Assembly (NCBI GenBank): GCA_018985225.1
Contig: JADGIF010000359.1
Coordinates: 1 to 10,144, forward strand
Length of the DNA: 10,144 nt
Direction of reading: 5' to 3'
Source: Amoeboradix gromovi X-113
Taxonomy: Eukaryota; Fungi; Sanchytriomycota
Part shown: piece after piece, positions 1 to 6,399 of the stretch
How positions within the stretch are numbered: the first letter of the stretch is position 1
Layout: the number at the start of each line of letters is the position of its first letter
Notes under the pieces: generated by a model
Told to the model about the DNA's origin: nothing
The model's input: the letters and a program-made list of their open reading frames with translations, nothing else
Database searches by the model: none
Made by a program: the position numbers and the translations under genes

Positions 1-604
1 ATCACCTCTGGTGGTAAACCCCCTTTTGGATTTGTTTTTATTATTGCTATCTTGTTGATATTCATTTGCTTTGTGCAAAAAGCAGATCCGTACGGGGAAG
101 TTATCGAATTGCGCAGCAGTGCTGGTGGAAACAGTCCGACGGTGAAGTTGTTGCTCATACAGCTACTGGCGGCGCGAAGGTGGAAGAGAAGGGGTTGACA
201 AAGAGCATCCTGTTCCGAAAAGCACAGTCTCAGGGTGGGACAAACCTAACTAAGCTCAAGCTTCTGCCGAAACATCAATAGGCATCCTGCCATATGAAAT
301 GAAGTGCATATGGACGTAAATAGCAACAATCGAGGCTAACATTTTCTAACATTTATTTGGAAACCCACTGCCAATTTTATGCTGCTATCACAATAAGAAT
401 GCTACACAATCGAATGGTGTAATGATCTAATTAAATTTATAGAATGTATTCTTGGGTGCCTTACTTGTGGGATTATAGCCATTAATATTCCAACATCTCA
501 CATGAAGTATAACTTTCGTCCATGCACAATCTACTTTCATCGATCATGTTCCACTTATCACATCTCAAGTGTAATCTTTTTTTGTAACATTGCAATAATA
601 AACA

Positions 605-3005
605 ATGTTTAGATCTGAAGAAATGTCTCATTTTTCACTCTATTTACCGAGCGATAGCGCAAAGTCTTGCGTTGCAGAGCTTGGCTATATGGGGGTCATT
701 CACTTCAGAGACACTAATGAATCGAAAGCCTTCGAAAAAACATTTTCATCGGATATCAAACATCTTGAAGAAGTTTTACGCAAATGCAGATGGATGGAAG
801 CCCATCTAAGTATTGAACTCGATGATTTACTAGAAATACCAACCAATCTCAAAATTAGTGATGTGGAATCCAAAATTGGGGAGTTAGAACAACGAATGGT
901 GGCTCTAGTACAATCTAGAGATACTATGGAAGCTCAAATGATTAATCGCACACAGCATGTCCATGTCCTAGAGCATTTCGGCCATCTAACATCAAATGAA
1001 AGATATTCTATTCTTGCTGGTAACGAAACAGATGTAACCACCAAGGTTATTGCCGGTGCTATTTCTAGAGAGAAGATGCTCGCTTTAGAGCGCATTTTAT
1101 GGAAGACTCTACGTGGTAACTTATACATGAGTTCTGCTGATATAGATATTTCTACAGAAACTTCTTCGGAACATAAATCTGTTTTTATCTGTTATGCTCA
1201 TGGTGCTGCCATGGAATCCAAAATAAGGCGAATATGTGCATCCTTGGGTAGTCAGTTGTATCCGATAGAAATGGAATCCAGTAAAAGATTCAAACAACTG
1301 GAGTCTCTTAATAATCAACTCAGGGATATACAGCATGTCCTGCAAACGGCAAAGCAAGCACTGGCTTCTGAATCAGTTAAGCTGCTAACAGTGTTACCAC
1401 AATATAAAGCTTCGATACTTATGGAATTGCGTATTTACCATGTTTTGAACAAGTTCAATTCCGATGGTAAGTCATTTGTGGCTCAAGGCTGGTGTCCTAC
1501 CGATGCTTTGGCAGCAGTGCAACGAGTATTGAAGGCTGTGAGTGATCAAAATGGTAGTTCTGTCTCGCCAATCCTGACTATCAGTCCAATTCAATTAGAA
1601 CCTCCAACATGGCACAAGACCAACAAATTCACAAAATGCTTTCAAGATATAATTGATGCTTACGGTATTGCTAAATACCAGGAGGTGAATCCTGGTTTGT
1701 TTACTATAATTTCCTTTCCTTTCTTGTTTGCTGTGATGTTCGGTGATTTTGGGCACGGAATCCTTGGTACTTTGCTGGCTATTTATCTTTGCTACAATGA
1801 AGTTAAACTTCAACCAATTGCAGAGAGATCCGAGATGTTTAATATGATATTTGCTGGAAGGTACATTATGCTTTTAATGTTTATGTTTAGTATATTTACA
1901 GGTCTCGTATATAACGATGCATTTAGTAAAGCAGTGTATTTTGCAGAAAGCAAGTTTGTCCCTGTTGAAGTTATTCAGGGTGGCAAAACATTTACTCAAT
2001 GGAATCCTATTCCCGATTATTTTTATCCTTTTGGAGTTGATCATATTTGGAACATGGCTGAGAATAAGCTACTATTCTTGAATTCATATAAGATGAAAAT
2101 GTCAGTGATAATGGGAATAGTGCAAATGACTTTGGGTATTATACTGACTATATTTAATTACATACATTATAAAAATTACAGTAGCATATTGTTGGAATTC
2201 CTCCCTCAGATTGTATTTTTACACAGCATATTTGGCTATTTGGTTGTCATGATATTTGCCAAATGGGGTGTACAATGGCTAGATTCAGATGGGCAGTTGA
2301 TACCAGGTAGACAACCACCTGAGATTCTCAACATGCTAATTAAGATGTTTATTAGCGTAGGCACTGTCGATGATCCGTTTTACGAAGGACAGGCTACGCT
2401 TCAAGTTATTTTAATACTAGTAGCATTAGTATGTGTTCCTGTGATGTTACTTGGCAAGCCTTTGTTACTCAAGCGACAACACGAGAGAAAGCTGGCATTG
2501 GGCTACGGTATAGTGCCTAGCAGAAGCAACAGCATGAGCACCGATGATTTAAAATCGCCTACTAGTGTGGAAAAGGTAGAAGAACATGCAGAAATAGAAG
2601 AACATGAAGTATTTGACTTCAGTGAGATCATGATTCACCAGATCATCCATACAATTGAGTTTTGTTTAGGGGCAGTAAGTAACACTGCTTCTTACTTAAG
2701 ACTATGGGCCTTAAGTTTAGCACACGCACGTATTTAATACTCATATAGAACTTTCTGAAGTACTGTGGGATATGACACTACAATCTGCATTTGGAATGTC
2801 AGGAGTCGCTAGGGTAATCGCTATATTCTTCCTTTTTGCCTTCTGGTTTAACGCTACTGTGGGAATATTGATAGGAATGGAAGGAATGAGTGCTTTTCTG
2901 CATGCTCTTAGACTCCACTGGGTTGAATTTAATAATAAGTTTTACATTGGAACTGGGTACAAGTTTGAGCCGTTTACGTTCAAGGGATTAAAAGACGATG
3001 AATAA
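605..3005 (+). CDS. VPH1: V-type H+-ATPase V0 subunit a (Vph1/Stv1/ATP6V0A family); exons 605-2729 and 2749-3005, 793 aa
   Basis: Family motifs: N-terminal MFRSEEM, PPTWHKTNKFT, YQEVNPGLFTIISFPFLFAVMFGDFGHG, YPFGVD..W, FLNSYKMKMS, IHQIIHTIEFCLG. SNTASYLRLWALSLAHA carries the essential Arg (yeast Vph1 R735 equivalent). Removing 2730-2748 restores LAHAQLSEVLWDMT and joins the ORF encoding MEGMSAFLHALRLHWVEFNNKFY. VPH1 versus STV1 orthology cannot be resolved from sequence. Confidence 0.97.
2730..2748 (+). other. 19-nt spliceosomal intron (phase 1) GTATTTAATACTCATATAG
   Basis: GT..AG ends. Excision gives C|AA = Gln and restores the conserved AHAQLSEVLW. Retention gives an in-frame TAA at 2735-2737. 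Confidence 0.95.
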
Positions 3006-3006
3006 A
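3001..3006 (+). terminator. Putative polyadenylation signal AATAAA overlapping the V-ATPase stop codon
   Basis: gAA TAA A, with the TAA stop at 3003-3005 inside the hexamer. The same arrangement occurs at the SEC31 end. Confidence 0.55.
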
Positions 3007-3095
3007 CATGATGCTTGCACGGATATTATCCTCCAACTCTTTAGCTTCGCTTTTGTTTAATCTCATAAATATTTATACTTGTTCTCCGTATAACA

Positions 3096-6000
3096 ATGCT
3101 ACAGATTAATACTACCTCAACATTTGCATTCATAGGTGAAGACCAAATAGCATGCGGTACAGTTGCGGGAGCATTGGATGATAATTTTGACTCGACATCT
3201 CAGCTTAAAATATATAACACGACTACTGGAAAAGCAATACAGACATGGCAATGTAACTCGAAGTTTAATTCATTAAGTTTCTCACAATTTAAAGGAGGCG
3301 TTATAGTGGGAGGATTGGAGAATGGTGAGGTGCAACTATATGTACCAAATAAAGCGGATCCAGTATTTACAAAACAAGGCGCAAACGGACCTATTCGTGG
3401 ACTCGATACAAATCAGTTGCAGTCCAACCTGTTTGCATCTGCTAGCCGAGGTGACGATTTAAATATATGGGATATAAACAATTTATCCACTCCTTACAGT
3501 CCGGGCCAGCGTACCCCAAAACTCAGTGGTGTAGATATATCCTGCTTGAAGTGGAATAATAGCATTCCTCATATTCTTGCGAGTAGCGGAATAAATGGCT
3601 ATACCGTTATTTGGGATTTAAAGAATAAAAGAGAGGTTATATCACTTCAGCCACATTCTTTGGGACAGTCGAACTTGCAATCTACCAATGCAATTATCTG
3701 TGAATGGCATCCAACTATCAGTACACAAATAATGACTGCCTCCATGAATGATAGCAGTCCGATCATAACTAACTGGGACCTTCGTAATTCTCAACAACCA
3801 CTTTATCAACTACCCATATCGCATCAAAAAGGCATTATATCAATGTCTTGGAATCCAAAGGACCCTGATCTACTGCTGACTAGTAGTAAAGATCTGTCAA
3901 CTATCATCTGGGATCTTAACTACAAGGAATGTGTGGGTGAGCTAGAGCATTCCAATAAGTGGGTCTTCAAAGTGAGCTGGCATCCTATAAAGCCATGGTT
4001 GTTCGCCACCTCCTCTTATGATGGCTTGCTAACCATTCATGATGTTGAGCAGCCCGCTTCTTTAGATGCTGTCGACAAAAATGGAAACACCACTCCTATC
4101 GATGCTGCCAATGATCCATTTGCTAGCATCAAATCAGCCAATACTATGGTCATGGGTGGTATCAACCTTCGCAGGCCTCCTCAATGGTATCGTAATCCTG
4201 TTTGCTCAGTTTTCGGTTATAATCATCAGTTTTTGCATATTGTGAACAGGGTTACTAATATCCATTCACTGGATTGTAACGCTCCACTAATTACAGCATT
4301 GAATACCCTTAATGATGAAAATGTCAAAGATCTCGTTGATCATTGCCTTGAGGACAATACTACCCAGTCTATAAGGTCGTGTCTTGTAGCTCTTAGAGCT
4401 CTTAGCGAAGGTGGTAGGGCACTTTTAGTTGAGTATCTTTGCTCACTTGTTGATAAAGAAATAAAATCTGATATCCCTCTTACAGCACCAGATTTACTGG
4501 ATTCATCCAGCGATAAGCTAGATGAGCAGCTGCATGATTATCTACTGCTGGGCCAATTTCACAATGCATGCATGTGGTGTATTGAGAACAATCTATACAG
4601 CGACGCATTTATGATTGCGGGCTGCCAAGGTACAGAACTATATCAGCTAGTTAGGCTGCACTATATAAAGTACAAACAGTCCAACAACGCAGCTACCTCT
4701 TCGGTATCAAGCACCAGTCTAATTACTAGCATAATTAATGCATCCTTTGTTGAATATAGTCATGCTAACAATGTTTTAGACTCTTTAATACTAGTACTCA
4801 CCTATGGTGATGCTGAGCAGGTAAAGTTAGTCGCCAGCGTTCTGCAGGATAGATTAGTCAATGAATCTGCTGATACTGATCAGGATTTGAATCTTCATTT
4901 GTTATTGATTACTGGCATATTAAACAATAATGCTGAGAAGGTAATAGATATGCTGCTTGCTATTGATGTAAAAGATTACAAACTAGCTATCAACATAGCT
5001 TTAGCTACTCTCTGTATAGATTACTATATTGGCCCTATTCAGTTGCAAGTTGCTTTTATAAAAGTGATTAAAAAGACAATGGTAATGGAACCATTGCTAT
5101 CTTACACACTGCTTCTCAAACTGAATCCACCTACTGATGATTCTGATGGCTATACTTCGATATTGAATCAATTGCAAGAATATATGGGATTAAAGGCTGA
5201 GTATACAAACACAGTAGATGTAGGTATTGATGAGGCATTGGCAGATATGAACATAGAGCAAGTATCGCCTCAAAACCAGGAGGACGATCGTTATAATCAA
5301 CAGCCTGTAGGTAAGTACAATCAACAGCCAGTGAGTCAGTATAACCAGCAACCAGAGAACCAATACAATACGTCATATCGCCAGTCACAGTATCAGCCAC
5401 CAATGCCACAACAGCAGCAGTCACAGTATCAGCCACCAATGCCACAACAGCAGCAAGCAGGCTATCAACCGCCAATGCCACAGCAGCAAACAGGCTATCA
5501 ACCACCAATGCCACAGCAGCAGTCTCAATATCAATCGCCAATGCCACAGCAGCAAGCAGGCTATCAACCACCAATGCCGCAGCAGCAGTCACAGTATCAA
5601 CCACCAATGCCTCAGCAGCAGCAAACACCTTATCAACCACCAATGCCACAGCAGCAGTCACAGTATCAACCGCCGATGCCACAGCAGCAGCAAACACCTT
5701 ATCAGCCACCAATGCCACAGCAGCAGTCTCAATATAATACTTCTCCTAACCAATTTCAAAGTCAATATACACCACCAGCTAGCCAACAGCAACAAAATGG
5801 GTGGAATGATGCTCCTCCAATGGACTTAAACAAGAAGCAACGACGAAGAAAGAGTCAAGTTGCCCCGCCACAACAAGCACTGCCACAACAAGCATTGCCA
5901 CAACAGACAGCTGGCCCAAATGCACCACCTCGTAAGCTCTCCAGTACTAATACACCAGCTGCTGTGTCCTCTAATGTACCCAGCGCTCAATCTAGCGCAA

Positions 6001-6377
6001 CTGCTAATAAATATCGTATTTTTAACATTAACATAGCAAACGGAGACAGAACCCACATCAGTAATAAATGTAAACCTATATTTATGACATTGTCAGCAAT
6101 AATGGGTGTGCTGATTAAGCGACATACGCCGCCGCAAAAGAGAATAGTTATGGATATTGAAAAGCGATTGAATGAATTGTTTGACAAGATGAACAATGAT
6201 TTATTAAGCGAACCGGTTACCAGCGGATTACTAGAGATCAGCAAGTATTTAGAAAATAAGGACTTCCAGAATGCACTACAAGTGCAAACTACAATGAGTA
6301 CCACTTATATGCAAGAAGGGCATTGGTTAGTAGGGATTAGAAGATTAATAGACCAGGCAAAAATGATCAGTAAATAA
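3096..6377 (+). CDS. SEC31: COPII outer coat protein Sec31; exons 3096-6015 and 6037-6377, 1086 aa after splicing
   Basis: N-terminal WD40 propeller (GTVAGALDDNFDST, HILASSGINGYTVIWDLKNKREVI, WDLRN, HQKGIISMSW..KDPDLLLTSSKD). Sec13-insertion blade LRRPPQWYRNPV..VFG, then a helical region and a Pro/Gln-rich region with the GWNDAPP active-peptide motif. C-terminal helical domain KYPNGDRTHI...DIEKRLNELFDKMNN...WLVGIRRLI. Confidence 0.96.
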   Translation: MLQINTTSTFAFIGEDQIACGTVAGALDDNFDSTSQLKIYNTTTGKAIQTWQCNSKFNSLSFSQFKGGVIVGGLENGEVQLYVPNKADPVFTKQGANGPIRGLDTNQLQSNLFASASRGDDLNIWDINNLSTPYSPGQRTPKLSGVDISCLKWNNSIPHILASSGINGYTVIWDLKNKREVISLQPHSLGQSNLQSTNAIICEWHPTISTQIMTASMNDSSPIITNWDLRNSQQPLYQLPISHQKGIISMSWNPKDPDLLLTSSKDLSTIIWDLNYKECVGELEHSNKWVFKVSWHPIKPWLFATSSYDGLLTIHDVEQPASLDAVDKNGNTTPIDAANDPFASIKSANTMVMGGINLRRPPQWYRNPVCSVFGYNHQFLHIVNRVTNIHSLDCNAPLITALNTLNDENVKDLVDHCLEDNTTQSIRSCLVALRALSEGGRALLVEYLCSLVDKEIKSDIPLTAPDLLDSSSDKLDEQLHDYLLLGQFHNACMWCIENNLYSDAFMIAGCQGTELYQLVRLHYIKYKQSNNAATSSVSSTSLITSIINASFVEYSHANNVLDSLILVLTYGDAEQVKLVASVLQDRLVNESADTDQDLNLHLLLITGILNNNAEKVIDMLLAIDVKDYKLAINIALATLCIDYYIGPIQLQVAFIKVIKKTMVMEPLLSYTLLLKLNPPTDDSDGYTSILNQLQEYMGLKAEYTNTVDVGIDEALADMNIEQVSPQNQEDDRYNQQPVGKYNQQPVSQYNQQPENQYNTSYRQSQYQPPMPQQQQSQYQPPMPQQQQAGYQPPMPQQQTGYQPPMPQQQSQYQSPMPQQQAGYQPPMPQQQSQYQPPMPQQQQTPYQPPMPQQQSQYQPPMPQQQQTPYQPPMPQQQSQYNTSPNQFQSQYTPPASQQQQNGWNDAPPMDLNKKQRRRKSQVAPPQQALPQQALPQQTAGPNAPPRKLSSTNTPAAVSSNVPSAQSSATANKYRIFNINIANGDRTHISNKCKPIFMTLSAIMGVLIKRHTPPQKRIVMDIEKRLNELFDKMNNDLLSEPVTSGLLEISKYLENKDFQNALQVQTTMSTTYMQEGHWLVGIRRLIDQAKMISK
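5292..5369 (+). repeat. 24-nt period coding repeat (YNQQPxxx x3 plus a partial copy) in SEC31
   Basis: TAY AAY codons at 5292, 5316, 5340 and 5364 encode YNQQPVGK YNQQPVSQ YNQQPENQ YN. Confidence 0.85.
5385..5726 (+). repeat. Coding tandem repeat, 10 copies of 33/36 nt, [SQ/AG/TG/TP]YQPPMPQQQ(Q)
   Basis: ATGCC cores at 5403, 5439, 5475, 5508, 5541, 5574, 5607, 5643, 5676 and 5712. One copy reads YQSPMP. Confidence 0.97.
5868..5906 (+). repeat. 15-nt coding repeat PQQAL x2 plus PQQ in SEC31
   Basis: CCACAACAAGCACTG CCACAACAAGCATTG CCACAACAG. Confidence 0.8.
6016..6036 (+). other. 21-nt in-frame, stop-free spliceosomal intron (phase 1) GTATTTTTAACATTAACATAG
   Basis: Matches the consensus of the two 19-nt introns (GTAT start, ATTAACRTAG end). 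Excision converts KYRIFNINIANGDRTHI to KYPNGDRTHI, matching the fungal Sec31 motif KYPxGDRsHI. Confidence 0.88.
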
Positions 6378-6396
6378 ATATATCAAATGTTTTATT
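6373..6396. terminator. Convergent 3' junction with AATAAA on + (6373-6378, overlapping the SEC31 TAA) and AATAAA on - (6396-6391)
   Basis: Only 22 bp (6378-6399) separate the two stop codons, with one canonical hexamer per strand. Confidence 0.55.
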
Positions 6397-6399
6397 GCA

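Noticed and set aside
66-281. 71-aa plus-strand ORF from the ORF track
   Set aside because: It starts at TTG rather than ATG in a eukaryotic context and has no recognisable homology.
810-833. Possible 24-nt in-frame intron GTATTGAACTCGATGATTTACTAG in the V-ATPase gene
   Set aside because: It lacks the A at -6 and the AYTMAYRTAG ending, and lies in a variable region where removal restores no known motif. RNA-seq could still test it.
934-1813. Short minus-strand ORFs within the V-ATPase gene (likewise 5826-6304 within SEC31)
   Set aside because: Antisense shadows of real coding sequence.
2729-2772. V-ATPase split into two genes, a pseudogene or a programmed frameshift
   Set aside because: A GT-AG 19-nt intron restores the conserved sequence exactly, with no residues gained or lost.
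5131-5718. 195-aa Ala/Val-rich minus-strand ORF
   Set aside because: Antisense shadow of the SEC31 Gln/Pro repeat, whose CAG/CAA/CCA codons yield few stops on the reverse strand.
5385-5726. CRISPR-like array
   Set aside because: Units are contiguous multiples of 3 with mostly synonymous variation and no unique spacers, inside a eukaryotic CDS.
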